A stretch of DNA of 64,000 nucleotides from the human T2T-CHM13v2.0 reference genome, Homo sapiens, in the NCBI RefSeq assembly GCF_009914755.1, contig NC_060942.1, one strand, 5' to 3'. The number at the start of each line of letters is the position of its first letter. The stretch's first letter is position 1. Shown piece by piece: positions 1 through 17,131 of the stretch. The notes beneath the pieces are model-generated. The model saw only the letters and a list, made by a program, of their open reading frames with translations, had not been told where the DNA came from and did no database searches. The translations under genes were made by a program, and so were the position numbers.

Positions 1-244
1 ATTACGATCTCATTCAGAAATATCAAATATAAAAATCTTCATTAAAGAGGGATCTTTGATCTTCTACTTTGCTAGTGACTTAAACCAATACCTAGGCTGA
101 CTACGAGATAATTTAGCATTGGCAATTGTAGCTATGGGTTCACAGCCCTGGGGGGATTCTAGAACCTACAATGTTTTCATTTCATATAATAAAAGTTTAA
201 CTTTACTACCATCTCTTCTTTACCTTCCTTCAGTTCCTTTTTAA

Positions 245-770
245 AATATTTTAAGAGTAGAGCAAAAAGTGCAATGGATTTCTATATCTCCATCAACCAA
301 TTTCAACAATTATCAATTTGTGACCAATTCTGAATTCTATACACCCACAAACTGCCCTGTCTCACCTACTTCTGATAATGGTTAAGCAAAACACAAGTAT
401 CATATTATTGTATCTGTAAATATTTCAAAAAATTTTTAAACATAGCCATAATACCAATAATGTAATTAACACAATTAATGATGTCTTAATATCACTAAAC
501 ATATTTTGTGTTCACATTTGTCTCACATTTTCTGTTTTTAAGAATTGTTTAAAGCAATAATACAAACAAGGTCCGTACATAGCATTTAAGTGAAATGTCT
601 CTTAATTATCTTTTAGTCTATGCGTTCTCCCTGTACTTTTTTTCTCCCTGTACTTTACCTAAGTAAATATCAAATATTTTGTCCTATAGAGTTTTCCACA
701 TCGCTAACAACCTCCCTGTGCTGTATTTAACAAGTTTCTCTGTTCCCTATAATTCCTGCAAATTGGTATT
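245..770 (-). mobile_element. Old LINE-1 (L1MC/L1ME-type) 3' end fragment
   Basis: Diverged similarity to the antisense 3' UTR of old L1M families (e.g. ccaatttcaacaattatcaattt); boundaries approximate. Confidence 0.4.
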
Positions 771-1159
771 AATTAGAAACTCAAAGTGCTGAACAGAAAG
801 AAAATAATTCTATAAACACAGAAATAACAATTGTCTCATTTAATTTGCAGATCTAAATCATTATATAGTTTAGATACTGGAAATCATCTAATTTATTTTT
901 TGTTTGTTTGTTTTACAAGTCAGAAAATCTTGACTGAAATTAGTAAATTAATGCAATGAAAAAAGACTTCTTAGACAAAAGTGCTATGAAAGAAAACCCT
1001 AAATCCAAGCTTAGTGCTCTTCCAAATAAACCACTCTACCTCATAAAGACCAACTTTTAAAGAAAAGTAAGCTATAGAAAAGAGCATAACTAAATGTTGA
1101 GAGAACATAACAGTGTTTTATGGACATTAACATTTTTTAATTCAATGAAGATTATAGTT

Positions 1160-3460
<2,301 letters not shown>

Positions 3461-3486
3461 AAAGCAAGCATAAATTCAACACTCCT

Positions 3487-4605
<1,119 letters not shown>

Positions 4606-4609
4606 AGTG

Positions 4610-5265
4610 CAAAGTGCAAATTAAAACCATAATGAGATATCTATCTATGAAAATGACTAAAATTAAAAAAAATAGTTGCAACATGAAATGCTGGCAAGTA
4701 TGTGGAGAAACTGGGTCACTTAGGCATTGCTGGTTAGAATGCAAAATGATGTAACCACTCTGGAAAATACTTTGGCAGTTCCTTTCAAATCTAAAGATGA
4801 ACTTAACAATAAGACGCAGCAATTGCACTCTTAAACATATATCCCAGATAACATTTTCATTCAGATTGTACATGAATATTCTTAGCAGTTTTGTCCACAA
4901 TAGCCAAAACCTGCACGCTACCTAGATGTCTCTCAGTGGGTGAATGGCTAAACAAATTGTGGTACATCCATACAATGGAATACAATCCAGAAAAAAAGGA
5001 AGACTATTGATACATGCAACAATTTTGATGAACTCCATACTAATTATGCTGAGTGAAAAAACCTGCAATCTCAAAAGGATACATATTGCATGATTCCATT
5101 TATATTCATGACATAACATAATTACAGAGTGGGAGAACAGATTAGCAGATGCCTAGGCCTAGAGATAGGGGAGGAGTAATATCAAGGAATGCTGTGGTGG
5201 GGTAAGTCTCATGATGTTGGTGATGATATACAAAGCTACACATAAAATAAAAGTTCACAGAGCTG

Positions 5266-5303
<38 letters not shown>

Positions 5304-5510
5304 TAACTGCAAGTATTACCGCTGAAATCTGAATAAGTTCCATTGCCTGTATCAATATAAATTTTATGGTATTATTGTTATTATTGTTGTACTATAGTTA
5401 TATATGATGTTAGTATAACATTGGGAACTGATAGTTGAAGGGAGCACAGGACTTTCCTGTGTATTTCTAAGCAATTTCCTATAAAACTATAATTATTTCA
5501 AAATAAAAAG
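4610..5510 (+). mobile_element. L1MD-type 3' end
   Basis: ORF2 tail (aaattaaaaccataatgagata) and a 3' UTR with internal (CA)n, ending aattatttcaaaataaaaag. Confidence 0.7.
5269..5301. repeat. (CA)n microsatellite
   Basis: Seen directly. Confidence 0.95.
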
Positions 5511-8057
5511 CTTCTCAAGACTGAACCAGGAAGAGATTGAAACTCTGAATAGACCCATAACGAATTCCAAAATTTAATCAGTAATAAAAAGCCTACCAAC
5601 CAGAAAAAGCCCAGTACCAGAGAGATTCATTGCCAAATTCTACCAGACATACAAAGAAGAGCTGGTACCATTCCTACTGAAATTATTCCAAAAAACTGAG
5701 GAGGAGGAATTCCTCCCTAGACTCATTCTATTAGGCCAGCATCATTCTGCTACCAAAATCTGGCAGAGACACAATGAAAAAGGAAAATTTCAGGCCACTC
5801 TCCTTGATGAACATAGATGCAAAAATTCTCAACGAAATACTAGCAAACCAAATTCAACAGCACATCAAAAAGCTAATCCACCACAATCAAGTCAGCTTTT
5901 TAACTGGGATGCAAGGCTGGTTCAACATACACAAATTAATAATGTCATTTATTACACAAACAGAACTAAAAACTACATGATCATCTCAATAGATGCAGAA
6001 AAGGCTTTTGATAAGATTTAACATCCATTCATGTTAAAAACCTTCAACAAACCTGGCATCAAAGGAACATATCTCAAAATAATAAGAGCCATCTAATAAG
6101 ACAAACCCACAGCCATCATCATACTGAACGGACAAAAGCTGGATTCACTTCCCTTGAGAACCAGAAAAAGACAAGGATTCCCACTGTCACCACTTCTATT
6201 CAACATAGTACTGGCAGTCCTGGCCACAGCAGTCAGGCAGAAGGAATAAATAAAACGCATCCAAATAGAGAGAGGGTTAAAGTATCCTTGTTTGCAGACA
6301 ATACATTTCTATATCTAAAAAAAAAAACCGATAGTCTCTGCCCAAAAGGCTCCTAGATCTGATAAAGAATTTCAGCAAAGTTTCAGGATACAAAATCAAT
6401 GGATAAAAATCAGTAGCATGTCTATACACCAACAACACCCCAGCTGAATGCCAAGTCAAGAACACAAGCCTATTCACAATAACCACACACAAAACATTAC
6501 CTAGGAATACAGCTAACCAGGAGGTGAAAGATCTCTACAATGAGAATTATAAAACACTGCTGAAAGAAATCACAGATGACACAAATGGAAAATTATTCCA
6601 TAGTCTTGGATTTGAAGAATCAATATTGTTAAAATGGCCACATTTCCCAAAGCAATTTACAGATTCATTGCTATTCCTACAAAACTACCAATGACATTCT
6701 TCACAGAATTAGAAAACAACTATGCTAAAAAATTCATATGGAACCAAAAAAATAAAAAAATCCCCACTTCAAACTATACTACAAGGCTACAGTAACCAAA
6801 ACAGCGCGGTACTGGTACAAAAACAGAGACATAGACCAATGAAACAGAATAAAGAGCCCAGAAATAAAGCTGCACACTTTCAACCATCTGGTCTTTGACA
6901 AAGTCAACAAAAACAAGCAACGGAGAAAGGACACCCTCTTCAATAAATAGTACTGGGATAACTGGCTAGCTATATGCAAAAGATTGAAACTGGACCCCGT
7001 CCCTACACCACTATATTCAAAAATCAACTAAAGATGAATTAAGACTTAAATATAAAACTGAAAGCTATAAAAACCCTGGAAGATAACCTAGGAAATACCA
7101 TTCTGGACATAGGCCCTGGCAAAGATTTCATGAAGATGCCAAAAGCAATTGCAACAAAAATTGACAAATGGGAGCTAATTGAACTAAAGAGATTCTGCAT
7201 AGCAAAATAAACTATCAACAGAGTAAACAGACAACCCACAGAATGGGAGAAAATATTTTCTAACTGTGCATCTGACAAAGGTCTAATTTCCAGAATCTAT
7301 AAGGAACTTGAGCAAACTAACTAATAAGTACAAACCAAAGAAACCCATTAAAAAGTGGGCAAACGACATGTAGACTTTTCAAAAAAAAGAAATACACGTG
7401 GCCAACAGGTATATCAAAAAATGCTCAACATCATTAATCACTAGAGAAATGCTAATCAAAACCACAATGCGATATCATCTCACACCAGTCAGAATGGCCA
7501 TTAAAAAGTCAAAAAATAACAGATGCTGGTGAGGTTGTGAAGAAAAGGAAACGCTTATGCATTAGTTCAGCCACTGTGGAAAGCAGTTGGATGATTTTTC
7601 AAAGAACTCAAAACAGAATTACCATTCAACCCAGCAATCTTTCTTTCCTTCTTTTTTTTTTTCACCAATCTCATGATTGCATATATACCCCAAAAAAATA
7701 AAGTATTCTACCATAAAGATACATGTACACGTATGTTCATTGCAACACTATGCACAATAGCAAAAACATGGAATCATCCCGAATGCCCATCAATAGTAGA
7801 CTGGATAAAGAAAACATGGAATGTTTACACCATGGAATAGTACACAGCCATAAAAAGAATGAGATCATGTCCTTTGCAGCCACATGGATGGAGCTGGAGA
7901 CTGTTAAATCTTGGAAGTGAAATAACACAGGAACAGAAAAGCAAATATCACATGTTCTCACTTACATTGAGTACACATGGACGCAAAGAAGGGAACAACA
8001 GACACTGGACCCTACTTGAGGGTGGGGTGAGGGAGGAAGGTGAGGATCAAAAAATTA

Positions 8058-8406
8058 TTAGGTTGGTATAAAAATAATTGTGGATTTGCCATTATTATTA
8101 TTATTTTTTTTACACCAAGTCTCACTGTCTCCAAGGCTGGAGTGCAGTGGCATGATCTTGGCTCACCACAACCTCTGCCTCCCAGGTTCAAGCGATTCTC
8201 ATGCCTCAGCTTCCTGAGTAACTCGGATGACAGCCATGCACCCCAACACTCGGCTAATTTTCTGTATTTTTAGTAGAGATGGGATTTCGCCATGTTGGCT
8301 GGGCTGGTCTTGAACTCCTGACCTCAGGTGATCCATCTGCCTTGGCCTCCCAAGGTGCTGGGATTACAGGCATGAGCCACTGTGCCCAGCCTGCCATTAC
8401 TTTTAA
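8058..8406. mobile_element. Half MADE1 (Hsmar1 MITE) split by an Alu
   Basis: ttaggttggtataaaaataattgtggatttgccatta (8058-8094) and tgccattacttttaa (8392-8406) match the left half of MADE1; flanked by TA at 8056-57 and 8407-08. Confidence 0.75.
8095..8391 (-). mobile_element. AluS-type SINE with an (ATT)n-converted tail
   Basis: Antisense Alu dimer; TSD tgccatta at 8087-8094 and 8392-8399. Confidence 0.92.
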
Positions 8407-9149
8407 TACCTATTGAGTACTACTAATATGCTTATTACCGTGATGAAATAATCTGAACACCAAACTCCCGTAACACACAATTTATATGACAAACCTGCAC
8501 ATGTACCACTGAAATTAAAATAACAGTTAAAAAAAGTAAAAAAAATTATAAAAAGCTTAAAATAAAGGCATAAAGGAAAAGCAAAAAGATAGCTAGAAAA
8601 TCCTCATGCTTGTGGAAATTAAAAAATACACTATAAATAACCTATATAAAAGAATATATCACAATGGAACTTAGAAAATATTTTGGACAATGATTTTGAA
8701 TATAAACATATCATAACATGTGGAATACAACCAGAGAAGCAATTAGAGGAGATGGTGTGGAAGTGGGAGGGAGTCTATTTTAGACAGGTTCTTCTGAGAA
8801 ATTCTCTTTGATGAAGTGACATCTACCTATAATTAACTGAAGGAATGTGCCAAAGGATTTTAGGGAAGAGTTTCCAGGCATTGCTGACAAATATGCAAAG
8901 GTTCTATAGCAGAATGTGCTTAGAGTGGCCCAAATAAAGTAATGATAGGTAATTATTAATTCTAGAACCAGTTCTAGTACAAAAGTATAAACTAACAACA
9001 ACAACAAAAAGATCTACTGCATTTCAGCTGATATTGCTGCAAAGGATTCCATCATGCTGGCCCCAGCTTTCCTTCCTGCAACCCTCAGGCTGTTTTCATC
9101 AATGTGGCAGTAGCTTGGCTTGTTAACTTGCCAGGGTAAAATCTTAGAT

Positions 9150-9343
9150 CTTTCACAGTTCTTGCCAGGAAGCTGATTGTTAAAATTTTATGAATTTTGC
9201 AAGCCAGTTGTGGTTTTGTTGGTAGCTCAAAATGAACCATGGTGAATAGATTTATAACACAGAAATCAGCAAATGCTACAAATCAAGATTTGTTTTTGTT
9301 TTTGTCTTGAGAGCTAGTTGTTAAACATTTATGAGTACACCAC
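9150..9343 (+). mobile_element. MER63-like hAT-Blackjack DNA transposon relic
   Basis: gctgattgttaaaattttatgaattttgcaagccagttg ... gagagctagttgttaaacatttatgagtacaccac resembles MER63. Confidence 0.65.
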
Positions 9344-10218
9344 GACCAGAGAAAGATGCACAAAAAGACAGGACAAGCGCTGTATCATTTGGCAGAACAT
9401 AAGGTCACTGGAAGAGCAGATGAGAGAATTACAGATGTAATGGCTGAGCTGGGTTAGGTTATCAATGCTGGAACGGGTTACGCTCAGTCAGAAAACAATA
9501 AATAGATAATTTGGTGGTTCTAGAAACAGGGATATGAGAATGAATAGAGTCATAAAAATGGACTGGTAGAAAAGGAAAGGTACTATTTTGTCTAAAAAGT
9601 TTACACATCAATTGTTTCAAAACTTGTGTCTTCTTAAACTCTCTATTTCCCACTTCTCTCTTTTGAAAATAATCACCTCCTACTTCAGAAACGAAACAGA
9701 AGAAATCAGACTTAGATTTGAATTCACTATCCCAAAACCCACAAAGCAAAGACATCTGTGCCCTTCCTCACATGCTTTTGCTTTGGCAATGCAGGGGTCT
9801 TCCTCTACTGGTTTCTTATTCTTCTATTTGTGCTAGGGAGCTCATACATCCTCTTGAATTATTACTTCAATTACCATTTTTAAATTATTATCTTACTAGA
9901 AATCTGTTTTGTGCTCTTTTCTTAGAATAATTGTTTCTCTTGGCATGCATGAAGCCACACATTCTTTTCTTTTCTACCCCATTACAATAAATAGAAATGC
10001 TTTTTTTCCCCAATGTTATGATCTAAGGAAACCATTTCATTATTGTTTACAATCTGATTGTCTTTACCCATTTTCCTTTCCTCTCTGGCCAATTATTCTA
10101 TTTTCTTCTAATGACACATTAACATTACATTACACTTTTATGATCTTTTCCTTTACTTCTCTTTTTTCCATTAGAATATACAATCTGTGTTATTCACTTC
10201 TCTAATCTTAGCATCTTC

Positions 10219-10438
10219 AGCAGCAACATCCAATAGAACTTTCATGATGAAAATATCCTAAATCTGTACGGTTCAAAATGGAAGGCACTAGCCACAGTAT
10301 CACCTGAGATCACTTCCGATCCCTTGAATATCAATATAACTTGGCTAAAGCAACCAAATAATTGACTTTTAATTGTATTTTATTTTAATTAATTTAAATA
10401 GCTACATGTGGCTATTGGCTACCATACTGGACAGCACA
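10219..10438 (+). mobile_element. MER3-like hAT-Charlie MITE
   Basis: tccaatagaactttc ... aatagctacatgtggctattggctaccatactggacagcac. Confidence 0.75.
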
Positions 10439-10839
10439 AATCTATGCAATGCCTGGCACATCTGGTTGAAAATGTCTGGTTGAAAATGAAAGGAAGCATG
10501 ATGAAAAAACACACGAATGAATGAAATACCTGCAGTCTGTTTATAATCCTACAGATTTGCCTGGAAGTTCACTTTGCCCTCTGTCTATTAAAGTTTTCTA
10601 GCATTGGTTCTGTTATCCAGTTTTTATTAGAATATTTACTTGTTTCCACATTTCAAGAGTATATGACACATATACATCTTTTTGTTTCACCATTCTTATG
10701 CTAGCATCTCAGCAAATCACTATATTCCTCTAATTTTGTTTGCTTCTTCATAGCTAAAGCAAAAATTCTGATCTATCATTCTGGTCAGAAAATCTCACTT
10801 TACCCATTTTCTCTCACAATTGTATTGGTAATTGTCTTG

Positions 10840-11400
10840 CTTTATTTGTAGTGAAAAATTGCATAACAGTATAAAAATAACGTTGTACCCTATAACCCGG
10901 CCTAAAAAAATAGTTAATAATACAATTTAAATTCCTATTCAGTCCTCAGTGGTCACATTTCCTTTCTTGCCTCACCAGAAACTACAGCCATCAAAATCAT
11001 AATCCAATGATTTCAGTATATTTTTACCACATGTATGTCCTCCAAACAAAATACTGTGTAGTGTTGGGTTAGCTTTAAAACTATCTGAATAATAGTATAC
11101 TGTAAAAAAATTCGACATAATATTTTCCTATTTAGGGCACGTTTTTAGGTGTATTCATGTCACCACACGCAGCTATATTGTATTCTTTCACTGCTGTATA
11201 GAATTTTATTGTATTAGTATATCTATTCTCCTATTGATAAACACTTCCATTGTTTTTAAATATTTTCCCTTTTGTAACCAATTTTGTTTTAAGGATTCTT
11301 GTACACTTTTCTTTGTGTATAGCACTAGAGTATCTCTAGGGCAGGCATGTGGGGAAACACATGTTGGTGTGTGTGTGTGTTTTACCTTCAAGAGTTCTAG
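10840..11400 (-). mobile_element. Old L1ME-type 3' fragment
   Basis: Antisense L1M 3' motifs (ttctttcactgctgtatagaatttta, cattgtttttaaatattttc). Confidence 0.4.
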
Positions 11401-12115
11401 ATAAAATACTTTGTTAATTCTTTGCATTACGAAGATCTTCTCCCACTTTATTCCATGTTTTTTCTTTGACAAAGTGTTGATTTTTTAATGGAAAAAAGCA
11501 TTCGTTGGGATCATCTATTGCTCAAATCCACAAATAATTACTAAAGTTAGCAACTAGACAACTTAGAAAACTCATTCCAAACACCCATAAAAATTAAAGC
11601 CTCAAAGTCAATGATGGTAAGTGCCATCTACTCTTGTAAAACCTAATACTTATCTGTATTTATAGATTTTATCTTCAACATATTGTTTCTTTTTATCAAT
11701 GTTATTTTAATAGCTTTGATATAGCTATGCAATTAATAATAAACTACTTTCCTATTCTTTCATATTCTCATGAAAATATTGTTTAGTTCATCTTAAATAA
11801 TTTCATTAGCCATTTTTCCCTCCTTTATCTTTTCCAGTAAATAGTGCAAATATATTGGTATTCTTCCAGTAATTATAAAGATCATATTCACCTGTTTACT
11901 TTTACTGGTTTTTATCTATAGCTTAGCTGATTCACTTTATCCAAATATGCCCAATATTAGTTAGAAGTCTACATGTCTTTTGTAAAGAAGATAAAAACGG
12001 TTTAACAATGGAAAATACTTCCTAATCTATAGAATATTTGAAAAATAACGACTTGCTTTTTTCCAGCTTTACACCTATAATATAGCTGAAATTTTGAACT
12101 CACTTAATGTCATAG

Positions 12116-12709
12116 TGTAAGGTACGTGGATGTGCCTTATTCAAGGAATAGGCCAAGGCAGACATCCAGGCCTGCGTGACTCAGCTGGATTGGTGTACAG
12201 GCGCACACCTCCACTTGTTATATAACCTATTTGTGTAAGTTCATACTTGGTTCTAAGCCACTAGTGTCTGTAGAAGGTATAACTACCCTTCTGACGCTGT
12301 GCATAGGGCTTGACACAGCACTGGCACCCACAGAAAGAGACAGAGAGAGAACCACAACTGTCCATCTTGCATACAGACACAGGGGAGCCACGGCACGGCC
12401 CAGAGGGAGAAAGAGTTAAGCTGCTGACCTTAAAGGCAAGGGAGAGGCTGACGTGCAGGCATGAGGGTGGCAGGAGCCACAGAGCTAGAGCAGACAGCTC
12501 AGAATAGGACAGTGTGAGAAAGCTGCTAATGAGAGAGCTAGCGTAAGACAGCTGCTGATGAGAGAGCTGCTGAATTAAACCGCACTTCACCTGCCTACAG
12601 CCCCGAGTGTTCTTTCAGCTATCTGCCCATCCACTCACTCCCCTCGAACCTTGGCATGGGCTCGAACCTGACCCCAGGCGTGATATTTGGTGTAGTCGTG
12701 GACCTAACA
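12116..12709 (+). mobile_element. Solo LTR, LTR18B-like (HERVL18/ERVL)
   Basis: TG...CA termini; starts tgtaaggtacgtggatgtgcc as in LTR18; perfect 5-bp TSD catag at 12111-12115 and 12710-12714. Confidence 0.85.
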
Positions 12710-12731
12710 CATAGTTTAAAAATTGTGTCAA

Positions 12732-12853
12732 CGGGGCTTAAAACCTAGATGACTGATTGATAGGGGCAGCCAACCACCATGGCACATATATACGTATGTA
12801 ACAAACCTGTAAGTTCTGTACATGTATCCTGGAACTGAAAGTAAAAAATAAAA
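12732..12853 (+). mobile_element. About 120-bp L1PA (PA7/8-like) 3' stub
   Basis: ggggcttaaaacctagatgac...catgtatcctggaactgaaagtaaaa; degenerate TSD aaaattgtgtcaa / aaaatagtgtcca. Confidence 0.8.
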
Positions 12854-13863
12854 TAGTGTCCAATATTTTATCCATACAGCTTCTAAACCCCTATGCAAGG
12901 TTAAACATAACAAATAAGACCACAGAATACACAAACAATCGAGCAAGGCAGCAAACAGGAAACAGAGACAGGATCTCAACCAAGGTCTGAAAACAGGAAT
13001 TTGATTGACTGTCCTCAATTAATTTAAAAACAAAAATTTTAAAAAAACCTGTAACCTGAAACACAATATTTATGGAAAAGATATTGGGAAATTTCAGCAG
13101 TCAATCCATAAGAAAAACAGAATTACAGGGACTCACATGCTGTCAGCATTCTCCCTGCCTTGGCCTCAGATTCTCTTTTTATAGTCATTTCAATTTTCTT
13201 TCTGCAGTTTGACTTTTCCGTGTTTCAGAAATCTTAGCTGCTGACACCTCCTGAGTTTTATAATATAAAGCTTCAGCCACCAAAGAGAAGCTGACTCTTT
13301 CTTACACTTGATTCCAATTATCTCTAGAGGATTTTAATTAGCCTTACTTAGACCAGGTGTCTGTATCTGATCCAATCAATTGTTGCTGGGAAGTCAGGAT
13401 ACTTGAACTGTGCTGCTTGAGTCTGTTCTCTTTTCCCTGGCTACATTCATGGATGGGGTGAGGATGCTGTCTACTAACATGGCTGCCCTCATGATGATAC
13501 TGGGGCTGATGGGGCCGAGGAGAGAAGAGAGGAGCAAGTCTAAGTTGACATTTCTAGAGGCTCTCTTCCAAAAATAGCAGTCAGATTAACAGGTGGTGGT
13601 TCTACAGCCAGTAGAAAAATATTTTGGCTATCATGCAGAGATGTTCCTGATATATTTTTTCTTTTTTCGTTTTTTCATCTCATCTCTGTAGACACCTGAG
13701 ATGGGATGTTCCTGATAAGCAGTTTTTCAACAGAAAACAAAGCTATATTATGAGGTAGCAAAGATTATATCACTAGAAGTCATAAAAGAGAAGCTATAAA
13801 ATAATTTATTAAGTATGATATAGAAGGGATTAAAGAAATGTCTAAGAGACTTAACTGAATTAT

Positions 13864-13945
13864 TCTCGATCTCCTGACTTCGTGATCCGCCCACCTCAGG
13901 TTCCTGAAGTGCTGGGATTACAGGCGTGAGCCACTGCGCCTGGCC
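13864..13945 (-). mobile_element. Tailless Alu fragment (first ~80 nt only) with a 16-bp TSD
   Basis: The minus strand reads GGCCAGGCGCAGTGGCTCAC...TCAGGAGATCGAGA, flanked by taactgaattattctc at 13852-13867 and 13946-13961. Confidence 0.9.
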
Positions 13946-16049
13946 TAACTGAATTATTCTCTAAGACCCACTTTAATATTCTATAATGCTTGATTTATTT
14001 CATTTCAGTCACCCATTGTTTCCTTTAGTAACATTAGCTTGTAGCTTTATGTTTATGTCACTGTGACTTATTTAGGAAACAAAGATGAATAGATGAATAA
14101 GGCAATTTGCACCCTCAAGGAATCCATCAATTTGACCAGACACATCTTTTTTGGTAATAGCAAGGAATTTTTTCAAAGGGCATAGAAGTTACATGCCCAT
14201 GAGACAATAAAAATATTAAATCATACATTCCTGCCATCTCTTGCCTCTGTATTTTACGTTCTGTATTCTAACCACACCAGTCATTAAGACAAGCCATCTG
14301 CTTCCATGAAGCCATTCCTTTGCAAAGTCTCTTTACTCTTCCTTTCCTTAGGTCTCTAACTAATATAAAGTTTCCTTTTACTTCTCACTACAAAACGTAT
14401 TTGCTTTCTTCTTTCCTTGTACTTTCTTATCAATTCAGTATCATATTGCACTTACAGTCTCTTGAATAATTGTGTACGTGTGTTACTTTTCCTACTGAAG
14501 AGATCTGAAACAGCAAGGGCTTTGTCTGTTTTATTTTTTATAATCAAAGCCCAACAGAGTATAAAATTATTTAATTGTATTATAATAAAATGAGGATTGT
14601 CAACAATGGGAAAATTTCTGAAAAATGAGATCTTGAAAATCAAAGTTTGAGTTATTGTTAATAAAATAAAGTAAAATAATTAACATTTACATGTATTTTA
14701 AAGAGCTTCCAGACTTAATATTTGCTCTTAATGTGAAGGAGCATAATCCTGCCTTAAACATAGAAAAGATTCATATTTTATAATAAACTATATGTCAATA
14801 TTCTACTCACAGATTCTAGGGAAAATATTCCAGTTTTCAAGATGCAGTCACTATGATTCATTCTTAACAATTATTTTCAAAGTTATTTCAAAGAACAATA
14901 AAGAAAAATGATTTTCAAATAAAGCAAAAACAATAAAAGCAGACAGAAATGCCAAAAATGTACTTGTCAAATATTGACTATTATTTTAACTTAAGTTCCA
15001 AAATGTAAAAATCTTATTTTAGAAAATTTATAGTAACTTAATAGGAGACAAGAATAAATCATGCCTTGAGAATTGCTTTCACAAAGAATATCTTCTTTAC
15101 AATCTTTTTTATTGTACAATAATAGACTAGATTTTTTGCAACAATGCAGAAGGTATTACAAAATAGTAAAAAATCATGAAAATATCATTGTTCCACATCT
15201 TTCCTATACACAGTTACAATAATTTCTTTTATAAATCTTTAAACTCTGTAACTATGATTCCTAATCTCTCTTCTCTTTCTTTGATAAAGTTCTATTGACT
15301 TTATATTATGTCTGTATTACATCCAATAGATTAGAGTTAAGATGCTTTAAATATTACATCTCATGGTTTTGCTAAAGCCAAGCACATCTTCGGAAAGATT
15401 AAATATCATTTTTCTCATATAAATCAAATTAGAACTCACAGAGTCAGCTTCTACCCATATATCCACAAAGATATCTCATACTGTATTCAGAATTTGTCTG
15501 AGTAAAGAGATGAGCCTTTCACCTTCTGGTAATTACTTGAGACTTAAAGAGTGACAGGCAATTCAAATCAGCCTTCACGATGTTAAATTATTTCCTAGGT
15601 CAATATCATGTATCATGTGTTATTATTTCACCTCTGAGTTACATCAAACAATTTTGCAGTGAATATCCTACAAGCATTTACATTTTCTGACAAAATATAA
15701 AGTACTTACATCATTTATATTGAATAAGTACTTTTTGTCTCAAATGTAAAATAAATTTTGATAAATTTGAAGCTTCAAAATTCTTATGAAAAAACTATTT
15801 TGTGAATTAGAAAGTACTATTCTGTTTTATTATGACATAGCTTTTGTTCCTGAAGAAATTTCTTTCAATTCTATTTTTAAGAATGTCAATAACTATTTAT
15901 TGAACACTTCTGCAGATGTTTGATAGACATATGGAGGTATATAAGAAAATAATGAGACAACTCCTGCCCTCCAGAAGTTTTTATTTATTTGGAGATACTA
16001 CTAACACATAAAATATCTAGAAAAGTCTTAACCCAAGAAAAACAAAAAT

Positions 16050-16205
16050 GATAGCTTACACTTAAAACATACCAGTTATTCATTTACTCCTCAGCAGCCT
16101 ACTGGCCCTATTTTTGTAGAGAAGATCCTAAAGCACTGAGAGGTTAAACCATTTACCAGGTGCTATCGCTGGGCAGTGCAGAGTCGGATTTAGCCCAGGA
16201 GTGTG
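16050..16205 (-). mobile_element. MIR fragment (an L2 3' fragment lies just upstream, about 15890-15985)
   Basis: cctatttttgtagagaag...gcactgagaggttaaacc...ggatttagcccagg. Confidence 0.55.
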
Positions 16206-16210
16206 TCACC

Positions 16211-16650
<440 letters not shown>

Positions 16651-17034
16651 TCAATCAAACTTTAAATTGTAAGCCTGGTTGAATGGAATTAGGAGAATTA
16701 CAAAGTCTGTGCTTGAGACCATAGAATTAGTCTCAAAATCAAATAGATTAAAAGTTTAAAAGGAAAAAAAAAAAACAAGAGAAATATGATTTATAAAAGA
16801 TCAGACTCTCGAGCATAACACCAAAATCACAAAATATTTTAGAGCTATGACTTCATAAATATATAAAGCTTCTCCGCATTATCACTCATGTCAGGAAAAG
16901 ATACTGCAAATGTGGATAACAAAGACTTTCTGGATTAATATATAAATAGTTAGAAAAATCAGTAATTAAAAATGAAATATCCAAACAGAAAAGATGAACT
17001 AACGACCTGGAACTGGCAACCCCTACACAAACTG

Positions 17035-17099
17035 AGAGAGAAAGAGAAGGAGAGAAGGAGACAGGGAGAGAGGGAGAAAAGCAGAGAAGGAGGGAGGGG

Positions 17100-17130
<31 letters not shown>

Positions 17131-17131
17131 C
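17035..17131. repeat. Polypurine (GA)-rich low-complexity tract
   Basis: Seen directly. Confidence 0.9.

Larger units (their letters stand above)
5514..8555 (+). mobile_element. Older primate L1 (L1PA13-16-like): degraded ORF2 plus 3' UTR
   Basis: ORF 5774-5980 is the L1 RT region ([30 protein letters not shown]). Frameshifted ORF2 continues to about 7900; the 3' UTR ends aaacctgcacatgtacc plus an A-rich tail. Confidence 0.9.

Noticed and set aside
15300-15690. Possible further relic exon(s) downstream
   Set aside because: Acceptor- and donor-like sites are present, but all frames are stop-rich; insufficient support without alignment.
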